64,000 bases of DNA, taken from the NCBI GenBank assembly GCA_024704765.1, contig JAKMXF010000155.1:346692-410691 (forward strand). Direction: 5' to 3'. Positions 25,614-38,190 of the stretch are shown piece by piece. Position numbers and translations under genes: made by a program. Within the stretch, counting starts at the first letter, position 1. Each line of letters begins with the position of its first letter. Source of the DNA: Oopsacas minuta. Lineage: Eukaryota > Animalia > Porifera. The notes under the pieces were generated by a model. That model was not told the DNA's origin, did not search any database, and saw only the letters and a list, made by a program, of their open reading frames with translations.

Positions 25614-28600
25614 CACTTTATATTTCTGAAATCCTCCACGGATTATACTTTTTACAAACTCAAATTAATATGTTTCGTAAGAAGGGGTCCAAACCACATG
25701 ATTTGGAAGGAGATTTTAGTATTATCATCTTTAGTTCCTCCCAAATAACATTAGTGAACCATTCAAGTGTAGAATCACATTGTACATTGGTGTTAGTTGA
25801 CTGAAAATGTGGGATTTTGTCTTAAGCTTTCGGGTCTCCAAATTTACACTAAATTAGTAGCTAGCTCTCTAGCGGTGTATCTGGTAAGAATAGGCTTTGA
25901 TGTCATATTAAATTGTTTATTCATTACCTTGAAAAACTCTCTAGGTCTGCTTCCAACACCTTCGATTTGTAGTCGGATCTTTCTAGAGAACTGAAAACTT
26001 TGATTTGAGCTTTGAGAGTGGTTTCAATTCGGCAAATGATACTATAATTGGCCTTTCTGGTAGTGTTTGGAAAATATTCGTAAAACTGGTTATGTTCTGC
26101 GGAGATCTGATAAATATCAATTGTTGAATCAATTTAAAGTTGTATTTCCTGGAAAGTACAAGATACGTTTCAATAGGTACTAGTTTGCCAACATGATGCC
26201 GCTACCAAATTATTCAAATCTGAAGTTCTCAGACCTTTAGTCATGATCCATCTTCATTTCGAAAGGACAAAAAGCGTTACACCACTGATAATTTTTCCCC
26301 AATGTTATACATAGCATAATCTCGGTGTTTTCACAATTTATTCTCATTGGGAATTGTTATCATGTCACACTGTATAACAAGTGTATTTTATGTCGGATAT
26401 AATTTTACCACTTCTTTTACCAATTTCTGCACCATAAACGAGATTTAGCAACTGTTTTATACCATAAAATCAGACATTTCCCGACAGTATTCGGTTACTC
26501 ATGTAGTCAAAAATTCCAATTTATGAATTCTCTTTTTCATTCATCCCTACGTTTTGAATTTCATATACATAGGTTATACACTAAATCAGTTATCCGAACA
26601 ACAAAATTGAAATGTGTATCACAAAGTTTCGCGCATCATTGATGGTATCCTGTACTTATGTTTTATTAGATTAATTGAATAATCTTTAAAATGTATAATC
26701 CATGTTGTCTACTGTATCTCCATAACGAACCAACTTTTGTTTTCGATTTTTTGATATTTTGTACAAATGTATCCATGAATTATTTCATGTTAACTATAAT
26801 ATGCTACAATGTAACAAAGAATGGCTTATTTTACCAGATATATGCTTACTAAACAAATATTTTGAAACATTCTTGAATTTTTCACATATATTGTTTACAA
26901 TTTGCTGTTCTACATTTCTAGAATACATTTATTCGTACCATAATTCATTATTCCTGCAATTTTGAACCTATAGTGAAACATTTCATCCCATAAGTCATCC
27001 CTGTTCCAAAATTCGCAAGAGTTTGGTTGGCCATGGCCCGATTATAAGATTACCATTTATAGGGTATTTATACTCAATTTGTAAATAATTACTATTGATG
27101 GGCTGATAAACTTTAAAATTATACAGTAAAAACAAGCCGATGCATTGTTAAAAACATTGACATCTATACGGCATAAAATTTCGATATCCGTTAATTTTCA
27201 TTTCTTTCCACCTGCGAATACTTGTCCAATATGCACATTTAGTTTTACGGCCATATTTATTGTAGGTCAATGAATTTTTCTATTCCAGTTTTGGGAATTC
27301 AATTTCCTGTTACTAAATTTTATGTTTTAACATATTATTATCTTAGGCAATAATGCACCTGGAATAATCATTCTCATTTACGAATATTTAGAAATTCATG
27401 TTCAATAAAATTTTTATTTGAAAGAAGTTTTCTCTATATTTTAAGATACGTGAAATTAACCCGAGAGATGGGAATAACATATTTTATTAGATGAAATTTA
27501 AGCTATTACATTTTTATTTCATGTTATTCCTCAAAACCATATGGCTAATATGATCCCTGTTGTATATCGAAAATATGTATTTTGTAATTGTACTTAGTCT
27601 ATACCCATTGTTAGCTGTACTAGAAATAAACCACGAGTATATTTGTGAATGGAATGAAGGTCATGGAAATTTAGGCTCTAGGAAATATTGCCAAGGAAGT
27701 TATTGGGATTCAGATCTCGTGAATTTCCTACAATATTGTATTTAGTATTTTCTGAAAAACTGCTGTGCGCTTGTATATTTCATGTGCCTTTTTTGCGAAA
27801 AATCATTTACAATTTTTGAAATACATATACTTTTGTAAACTAGCTGCATATTCAGGCAATAACTGTAAGATATTCATAAATTATTGTTATCCCTCAGATT
27901 ATTTCTAAAGATAATCATGTATCTCTTATCGTATTCGAGATATTTTACTGTTATCGGTATTTGCTGAACATTCTAATATATGAAACCACCATTCGAGTAC
28001 CGAATCGTGTATTCACTTTTTTCGAACAAATATAATTGCATCCGACATGGATGTTCCAAAATTATCAATTTTGTAAAACAAATTTCGGTTGATAAATTTT
28101 GCTTGTAAAGTAATCAGACTAAATATTCGATTTTTTGGGACGCTTTAGTGGGATCGCGGAACTTGACCAAAAATTAATTCAGATTTGATCTAAAATTGAA
28201 GTATGAATTTGACCTAAATAAAATTAGGAAGTAGGAGGATGACCTAAAATAGAAATAGGAATTTGCCATAAAATTCATTCCGTTTGAATTTGCAGAAATC
28301 TTACTGTGATGTTTGTTTGGATTTTCTACTTGTGATTATAAAATTTTCTTGGATTATTTAATTAGATTGTATTTTTGCCGAGAACATGACTTGTTAGTTA
28401 TATTATGTTTTGTATACATTTTGTTGTGTTCGATTCGTTACAATCCAATTTGTTCTGCAGCTATTTTAGTACTATTTTGTAATTTTCATGTGTTGGGATT
28501 TTACCGATGTCTATTCAGCATATTAATAGATAATCTATTGTTACGAATTTAATGATGTGTTTTGGTAATTTGCCAACTATATTTGGCAATTTGCAGGCGT

Positions 28601-31600
28601 CTCGAAGCAAGTAATCCAGGTCTGAAGAAGCCGATTTTTTTGTAGACCAAAGTCTTATAATAATAGTGGTAAGCCCATAACCATGTTCGAGTTCTTCCGT
28701 GTTTTTGGTCAAATTCCTGCTTCCCGCTTTAGTGTATGCTGTATACAATGAAATGCCTACCCTAATTTTCCAATAATTTAAACGATTATTAACGAAGCCG
28801 TTTTCAGCCAATTCGAACTACACAAAACGTTTCACTTGTATCGTATGTTTAACCGACTTTCCGTATAGCTGGCTATACCCTGATATAATTTGAAAGTATA
28901 TCATTGGTAAATTGTGAAAAAATGTCATAATATTTGTAAGATATGTGTGATGACTTAGCATTAACCGATTATGCTTGAAATTTTCGCTTGTAATGTAAAG
29001 GAACACTAAAAAATTGCTATACATTTTTGTATGTACATTGGAACAATGGGCTAATTTCAATGACAGTGATTCGTTTTTGGTCACCTAGGATTTTTTCAAA
29101 TGTATTTGTATAATTTGAAGTTCCTATATATTTGATTTGGTAAGTATTTTCCACCAAACTGAGAAGGCGAAGATCTCTCACTTTATGAAATATGACTGTC
29201 TCTTTACTATTTCAATGCCTCAGTATACGACCTCCAAAGGACCTAAATGAATGCTTCATGGCACAGTAATATTTAAAATAACTCTACTATAGCCTATTGT
29301 TACCGAAGTGATACTTCATGGCCTACCATATATACGGCTAGCCTAAGTAAAGAATTGTCAAAATAATTTCCAGGCCATTGAATTTATTCTCTTTGATCAT
29401 AAAGAATTGCAGTTAGCAACCCTAATTCAACTGTGTATAGCTATCCACATATGGTGAGGACATCTAGAATACTGTTGAACCTGCTTTCCAATTTATTCTG
29501 AACAATAATGACGCGATCAAAGTTCACCTTCAATAATGGTAATTATCTTACTAATAAATACCAATATTATCATAAACCGACAATTCCATGAAATAAATCA
29601 TCATTCGTATTAACTTAGCACAAAAGCACAATAGAAAGACTATATAAAATGAACTTATACAATGGTTAACAATTATCACGTATTTTGTGTTCCCATACAT
29701 TTTCTGATGGAATTTCTTCGAATTTCTAGGATTGACTTTTCAATGTTGTTTTTAAGGGGAATATCACTAAAATGAGTATTAATGAGTATTTATTAAAATG
29801 AAGATCATCCTTGGGGTACTTAAACTACCATTTAACTAGGAAAAGATATTTTGATAAAAAGGATTAGTTTAAGTTTTCAGAGTTTCTGAATAATTGATAA
29901 ATTGGAAAAAATTACCATAACTTTGATTGTGGTTAAAATAACTTGGAAAGCAGATTTAAAAGTATTCTAGATGTCTCCATCATATCTGGAAACCTTTGTA
30001 CAGTTGAATGTATAATGATAAATGAAATTCTTCATGATCAAAGCGAATATATTCAATGACCTGGAAATTATTTTGACAATTCTTTGCTTGGCTAGCGTGT
30101 GTATAGTAGGCCATGGTTGAGTTCTTAAGAAAAGTAAGATTTTTGGTTGTTGTTTTATCTTTTCTTCTAACATGTCAAGAGCATGTATTATTTGTACAAC
30201 TTCTTGTTATTCTTTTGATATATTATTTCTTGTTTTAGTACTTTTGGTAATATGTCCTTTTGAATAATTGACTAATTTACGACTTTTCCTCCTACTATTA
30301 ACCAGATGTGATTGTATATACAATCAGTTAATACTCCGTATGTTGCTAAACATGAATTTTTCGAATATAATCATGTCCTTTATATTTCCAATCACATATT
30401 TTATGCACTTACCATGTGTTTTCAACTTTGAATCTCAACTCTCTTTCTCTCAACTTTTATTTCCCCTCCATCATAAAAGCATTTCAATTACACGATATCA
30501 CCGGTTATCTAAAGGTCTACATTTCTATTCTTACCTCCATGTCAGAAATTAATGTTCATCCTTCAAGGCTGAAAGCATGCCTTCATTTCTAGTCGCGTGA
30601 TATCACTATTTTATTCAAACCATTTTGAGAAATCAGTTGTTAGGCCTACCTCACCTAGGGAGTAACTAGCATTGAGACAGATGAAGCAGTTGTCTCCTCG
30701 TTTTTTCGAATATTTCCCTCAATTTAACACACCATTATAGTGATGCAAATATTCATCCTCGTCTCCCAGCTCTAGAATCCATAGATACGTCCTTAGCATA
30801 TACTATGCCACTTTGTTGCATGCTAAGGGCCATATACAGAGTGCAACAATGTTATTTGCAATTTATGTTGTATGTAAATTTCAACCTACTTAATGTACCC
30901 TTGATCCATCATTTATTTTGGGCTAGTGTTACTAAAATCTTATTTTAGACTTTTTTTGCCTTGGAGATACATAGTTTATCTGTGCTCTGTAATTCACTGA
31001 TTTACCAAAGAATCTCTAGCAGATACTCTTTGTAATTGTACTCGTACTCGTAGGAATCCTAATCTATTTGTGTTAAGAAAAGTAAACTAGTCTAAAGTAA
31101 ATCGTCTTGCCACCAGGGACTAATTGTAATAAAAATGGGTTAGAAATGTGAGAAATATCCAATCCGTGGCTTTGAATTCATCAGCATCGACTTAGGTATC
31201 GTCTGAGGCATCTAAACTCTTAGTATAAGAAAATATTATTCAATTATCCAGGAATCTCCCTTATCGGTTTTCGACAGTTCATCTTTTGTAGCAACAAATC
31301 TATAGATTAGTGTCAATTTATCAGAGAATTTGCTTGATGCTACATTTTTTCTGCTCACTAAGAAGGCTCGAGAAACAGTTAGAGGTTTGGTCGCTTATCA
31401 ATACCAATTTTATTGTGACTTAGCTTGTACGTCAGCGTTTCAACCATTGAGCATTGTTAAATTCGCTTGCAGATATTGGCGAGCTTTCCATCTGGGCACC
31501 CGACTCACTTGATGTAGATGTATAACAATATTTGTCTTCCGAAGCTATTTATAAAGTGCCAATGTGAGAGCGGTAACTATAACTTCTCCATATTCCTTTA

Positions 31601-31698
31601 TAACTAGTCTGAGGTTTGCGACGAAATATGCTTTTTCGTTGAGAAAAATTCAATATCCATCTTTGTTTTAATAATTGAGTTCTCAACATGACTTAGAT

Positions 31699-33983
31699 CA
31701 GTGGTTCCCAATTTTTCTCATTGCGTACTCCTCAAGCTAGATATTTTGTGATGTACCCTTTAAAATGACCTGTATTATAAATATTATGTGTACAATCCCT
31801 TTTACCCAGTTGTGAAAAATAAAAGTGTTTTTATTCTTGTACTATAAATAAAGTACATAATTATTAAATGGGGGGGAGGATGTACTTGTATGTTGTGTAT
31901 TAGGCTATCAATTCGTGACACCGTTTTTGAAAGGGCCAGACGGAAATCAGCTTCCACAGACAACTGCGCTCGAAATTTGTTTTTAATTAGTAATAGCGCT
32001 GAAAATCATTGTTCACAAACGTAAGTACTGGGCTCATCTATCTGCCACGTTGGGATATATCCAGCTCATTTCGCACCAGAACATTGTGAGTGCGAGTGTT
32101 TCAAATTGATGTCGGGCATTTGAATCATTGACTAATTCAACAAATTCTTCTTGGACTCTATCTGGTATAGAACTTACATCGTATCAAATGGATTTCGAAT
32201 CATTTTCATGTCCAGGTCGCTCAGATCTGGGAAGTTTGAAATTCATTTCGCAATGCTGAGAAGTGAGCCTTTACTAGTGTACCTGTACTCTGATCTGTAT
32301 TACCCTCTTCTCCAAAAGTTGCTGAGAGGCTTTCAAAAGTCGAACTATCCCACAGTTAATTTAGCTTCCCAGAGTTCTAACTTCATAATAAATGCCCAAA
32401 TCTTGTCCACACAATCAATCAAGGTAGTAACCATCCTTGGAGGGACTTGTTGAGCAAGTTGATTCGCGAGAAGATATCATTTAAGTAGGCGAGTTTTTTC
32501 AGCCATTCTTTGTCTGAGAGTTTGCCGAAGAATACTTTTGACTTCTCTTTCCCATCTCGTTCAAAGAATTCAAGCAATTGGTTTATCTGTGAATATACTT
32601 GAGAGAGCATGTTCCCTCGTGAGAGCCAACGAACTTCAGTGAAGAACAGCAAATTCTGATGGTCAATATCTAATTTTTGCACAATAGGCGAAACACACGT
32701 GTTTTAGAGCACTGGACCTGATAAAATTAACCATGGTGACAACATCATCAAGAACAAGTTTTAGATCGGATGGAAGTGTTTTATACGCAAGAGCGTATCG
32801 GTGTATCATACAGTGATTGTGTTTCGAAACGGGATTCACTGTCTTTCCCTGAGCTCGAAATCCCTAATGAATTTCAAGCATAGCAGGGACACTATCTGTT
32901 GTGCAAGCAGAAACATTCTTCCAGGATAGTTCCATTCTATCAAAGTAATCAGAGACCTGCTGGAAGACATCTTCTCCTTTTGTGGTTGTTTCTAAGCAGA
33001 TAGGAACTCTTCCTTGAATTTGCTGTCTTTGATGTACCGTGCAAAAACCAGCAGTTGTGCACAACTAGAAACGTCCGTTGGCTCATCAAGTTGAATTGAA
33101 AACGTGTTCAACGAGGCTCCCAAAATCTCAGCAACTAACTGCTGCTCAATGTCATCTCCCATATCTGTAATTCTGCGCTTGATTGTGTCGTTCGAGAGAG
33201 GTAGAGGGGCGAGTTCTTTTCGGCGCTATCTCCCAAAATGCAGTGCACGATGTCCTTACAACAGGGGACTATAAGATTTTCTGCAATCGTATGTGGTTTC
33301 TTTTCTTGAGCGATTCGCAAAGCCACCATGTACGAGGCACGAAGACCTGCTTGAGTCTGTTGACTTAATTGTCCCTAGTGATCTATCTGAATTCGCTCTA
33401 CTCCGACTTCTTGGTGCTTGAAGAAATCTATATCCTTATCTGCAAGATTTGGGTGGCACCCGCTTAAATGGCGTTTTAGAAAACTTGGTTTCATCGAGCC
33501 CTCTGATAGCACCTTATAATATATTACATATTGTGGTTGTTCCCGTCCCCCTTTAAGTATGGATGTAAATCCATATTTGATATAATCTTGATTATATTTC
33601 AATTTCTTAGCAGATTCCATAAATTTGGTGATAAAGTCAAGGCCTCAAAGAAATACTCCTCCAATTTCCAATTTATTCCATTTATAAGAACAATACGGTA
33701 CACGGGTGGGTGTGCTATTCAAATTAATATGAGTTGACACATATGTACGGACAATGGAATCCTTAATTAGCATAACCTCAAACAAGAAATATTCAAGAGT
33801 GATAATAATTAGCGATGAAACCATTGCAACTGATACATAATAATTATTTGGCATGGAGTTGCTATCTATGTGCTGAGTCTGTTGACATTATGGAGTGTAA
33901 CTCGAAATATTTGTATATGATTAGGTGAAACACCTGCGTACCCCTAGGAAAAGTGCTGGCGTACCCCAGTTAGAGAACCAATG
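31699..33983 (-). mobile_element. Buster-type hAT element, decayed
   Basis: TIR CAGTGGTTCCC / GAGAACCAATG; TSD ACTTAGAT vs ACTTTGTT (6/8); ORF pieces KKPHTIAENLI, ACTTDSVPAM, FTEVRWLSRG, LAYLNDIF. Confidence 0.88.
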
Positions 33984-34105
33984 ACTTTGTTCAATGTTTA
34001 GAATGTATATATGCCCTGTGTACATTTTCTGAGTTTACAATGCTTGCATCTTCTCACTCTTTAGATCTCTCCCATATTTTGAGAAATTCTCTGTTTGACA
34101 TCCTG

Positions 34106-37100
34106 CACAGTGGCTTAGTAGTAGAGAATTAAGAAATTTTTTATATTAATGCTTTCATTCCTTTATGATTTCTTTGTGTTTCTAAACATTCAAGTAGCAT
34201 CCATTCCAATTTTCGAATCATTTGGTAGCCTATTAGTTATGTAAATTTGAATCGAAACTTTGTGGTTTTTGATGTTAAAATTATCGTTTCGGAGAATTCA
34301 AAATATAAAAGATTTTCACAAAGATTCTGATTCTTTATAGAATGTATTAGCGATCTATTGTTTCATCTATTCTAGACAATTTTGCATGCTGATTTCTAAT
34401 TTTGTATCAGATATATTCTAAACTGTGTACTTTTCATGTGAAGGGTTGTTGTACTCAGGGTAAAAAATGAATCCCATTTTTCCATCGATAAAATTTTGAA
34501 AGTGTCTGAAAAAAAAAGTCAAGGAACGTCAAAGCGAAAATAATACCAGTTGTTGTTTACAATTTATGCTATGTTATATGAAGATGACAGGCCCCGAAAC
34601 AATGCGCAACTTTGATTTTTTGGTCACATTCCATTGTCTGTAATCGTTGCTATGGAAATTCCTAAAGTGATATCTGTAACTATGTAATTGAATACCCGTC
34701 TAATCCTAATTCTTCTTGGAAATTACTGCACAAAATTGAACATATGACGTGTGTATATATTCGTGTACTTATGTTTTCAATCATACACCTTTATTTTCTC
34801 ATAGATAGTTTATCCGTGCTCAATGGCCGAACCAATTACTCCGATGACTTCCCCCGAATCCCGTCTCGATTTAGCGAGAATCCTGAAATCAAATGGCAAT
34901 TGCGTCCAAACAACTCTCTGTCATCTTAGCGATCTCCATGGATTAGACGATGCCAAGCAGGCTAAACTTGAATTGATTCTACGTAGAATACGAGATATGA
35001 TTAGAACTTCAAAAATATCACTTGAATCTTTGCATGGAGATTGGTGGCATTCTGAAATTTGCTCAGAATTATTTATAGCTTCACAAGCCCCCCAAAAAAC
35101 TAAGTCGGTGCGCCAAAAGAAAGAACTTATCAATCTTTCATTGCAACATCAGCGTTCCCGGATCTCTAGTGTCCTTGAGTCTATCAGATCCATCTCGGTA
35201 ATCGAAAAAACTTCTGAAATTACAATTGCAGCTCTTGCTTTGCAATTGTTGTGCAATGAAGAAGACAATCGAGAAGTTCAAGGGTATCTAAATCAATTGT
35301 GCAGGGAAAATTCTCTGGTCAATTCGGGCGTGCAGCTAAAAGCAAAGAATTGGATGTGGACAAGGCATTATTTCTTTTGGATCTACTAGAGATTGGCAAG
35401 AGGAAGTATACTCTACTACGACAACTTTTGTTATCAAATGAAATTCACTTCCTACATATCAGAGGGTGGCCGATCATAGAAATAATTTAGTACTACGAAG
35501 TATGATTCAACTATACCCGAATCCTACAGCCCCAGTTGGTGTGTGTGTGCCATACGCTCAATTTGTCTACCATACATTTTGTAGAATTATGTGCACTCTA
35601 CCGTCCCCTTCAAATGAGGATTTTCCTCTTCGATTTCAGATTGCTGATGGCTTAGATGGATCTGGAAAGCATACCGTATATAATCAACCAAATACGAATA
35701 CGTCTACCAAATCATTCATCTTATTTTGCTTCAAAGCAATACACATTGTCAATTCTAGTGGAAAGGAACTTTGGAAAAACAACTGCCCGAATTCTCCATT
35801 CTCCCAACGTCCAATTTTCCTTCTTGCTGCCACAGAAAATCATGACAATATTCACCAATTTATGAAAGATATCATCAATCCTGAAACTGATCAAATGAAG
35901 GACCAAGGTTTCTATTTTGCCGATGATAAACATATATTTGTCGATGTTGCTGATCAATGCTTGATGGTAAAATGGCAAGTATTCTCTCAGGAGCAGGAGG
36001 TGCGAGTTGCCAACTATGTACTGCAACGCAGAAAGAACTAAAAGATCGTGATTTAATTTTGCAAGGCTATCCCATCAATAGAAACATTTCAGACGCAATT
36101 CAATTATTTGGAGAACTGGAAGACATTGATGATTTCTTTTCATTACCAACAAATCAAAGATTTAACCTGACTCACCAACCATTATCAACAATAGATATTC
36201 TACCTGCTTCTCCCTTACATTCCTATACGTGCATTTTTAGATGGTTTAATTTACTTGTGTACCACCTGAATTGTAACAAGCTCACATGGTCACCATCATC
36301 AAAAGAAATTAAAGACTCCATGGTGGATGTGCGAACCATAGTTCAAGAAGTAACAGGTCTAAGAATTGACCAACCAGACCCCAAAGGAGGTACTACTTCC
36401 ACTGGTGGTGTGGCTCGAAGAGCTTTTTCAAATGACTCCAAGTTTATTGAATGCGCAATGTCTTTGGTTAAGATTGATCATAGGGACTCACTTTGTAAAT
36501 TGCACACACAATTATCTGTCATTCTGAGAATCATAAATTCAGACAGAAAAATCAATACAGAAAAATTGGGTAACCTTTGTACAGACACCTATCTCCTTAT
36601 TCTTCAATCCTTTCCCTGGGTGAACATTACACCGACTTTACATAAATTACTAGCCCATTCTGAAGAAATACTGAGAGAGATGAACTTTGGGTATGGATTG
36701 AAATGCTTTAGCGAAGAAGGATCTGAAGCCTGCAACAAATTAATCAGGAAATATAGGGAACATCTAGCAAGGAAAACTTCCTTCGAGGATAATGTCATTG
36801 ATATATTTGTCAGACTCTCATCTGAAAGCGATCCTGTGTTAATGAAATATCGATCGACAGTGGTGTGCACAAAGTGCGGAGAACACGGTCATACCCGAAG
36901 AGCTAAGTGCTGTAGAGACAATGCAACAGATTTATTAGAATCATCTATTGATAATATCGTCAAGGGCCTTATTATTGATACGATATTGTAACAACGTAGT
37001 TTGCTGAATGTTAGTGAATAAATAATACAATAAAACATCCCTTAATATAAGTGCTTATTGTTTTTATCAAGAAATTGTTAGAATTGATATATATATTAGC

Positions 37101-37480
37101 AAAAGAGATATGAATAAATTCTAAAAACGCATTTAGAAGTATGAAGTACAAAAGCAAAATTGTGTATGACGTCATTTTATAAAAATTATGAATAATTTTG
37201 TATTTCTAACAGTTGTAATTGCTTCCATGGGTATGATATACTATACCCAAATAATACAATTTATAGGGCTAACATTGTTATACAATCAGATATTAAAGAA
37301 AAACAAAATTCAGCATAAAGCTATGACGTCAAAAACATTGTATATAGAAACCTTATAAAAATTTTGAATACACCAAATGATTCCTAGCATATGATAACCT
37401 ATATGCTAATAGTACATTACATATGTCTGTTTCAAATGAAAATACCCATTCTTTACTAACTCCCATTTTAAGCCACTGTG
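34106..37480 (+). mobile_element. Full-length Transib-type transposon with RSS-heptamer termini
   Basis: Both ends are CACAGTGGCTTA (12-bp perfect TIR); perfect 5-bp TSD TCCTG at 34101-34105 and 37481-37485; encodes a RAG1-core-like transposase. Confidence 0.95.
34823..36991 (+). pseudogene. RAG1-core-like (Transib/RAG1L) transposase, ~720 aa, split by three 1-nt deletions
   Basis: Four overlapping ORFs, each shifted -1. Motifs: NBD-like ELINLSLQHQRSRI; GLDGSG (D600-like); PNSPFSQRPIFL; MLDGKM (D708-like); CQLC; SPLH; STGGVARRAF; ITPTLHKLLAH; SEEGSEACNKLIR (E962-like); C-terminal CTKCGEHGH. Confidence 0.92.
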
Positions 37481-38190
37481 TCCTGCTGATGTTTGTTTTT
37501 CGTATTGTTATGTTGCTACTAGTGTAATTGCTAAATTTGTATCATCGGTGACCGGAATGCGCGATGAATTTGCTAATGACCAAGCGCTTGTCTACATTTT
37601 GTAGTGTATTGATGATCTTAATTATCATACTAATACTATTACACATACTGAACTCTTTTCTGTGTTCCTAATTATTGAGGTAATGTACGTGATTCTGATT
37701 GTGAAACTATAACACCTCTGAAATCTTGTGAAATGAATTGCTCTAACGATCGATCATCTGCCGGTCACTCCGTTTCTCATTTAGTTTAAAGTGTTAATAC
37801 TCTTCCTCTCTGTTTTAATAATTGTTTATTGCATTAATCTAATGCATAATACTTGCGAATTCATCTTTAATGATTTTGAGCAGGAGAATTAGTGATCACT
37901 AATAATGTGATATTACAAAATTTTTCCGGTGATTGTACTAATTGCTTAGCTAACCTTAAAATCTCTTTGATTTTTCATCAATGTCGTTTGAAATTTGTCA
38001 TTACAAACTACACTATAACCTGTTTTATTCATAGATAATTTTTCTCTGCCAGAGCAGTATCCAAATTTTCTAGTTGTTTGAATTTAAATTTAAATTTAGA
38101 TTTAAGTTTTACAACATTCATATCCCAAAATATGAATTGATTTCTGTAATATATGGAATATATTGTTGCTAAATCTTTCCTGCCTGATTA

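Noticed and set aside
27457-29100. piggyBac relic (TTAACCC start; NGFVNN..YWKI..LYTAY on minus strand)
   Set aside because: Only faint motif resemblance and no matching opposite terminus.
34106-37480. RAG2-like gene or canonical RSS nonamer (ACAAAAACC)
   Set aside because: No kelch/PHD ORF fits in or near the 3.4-kb element, and positions 12 or 23 nt after the heptamer do not match the nonamer at either end.
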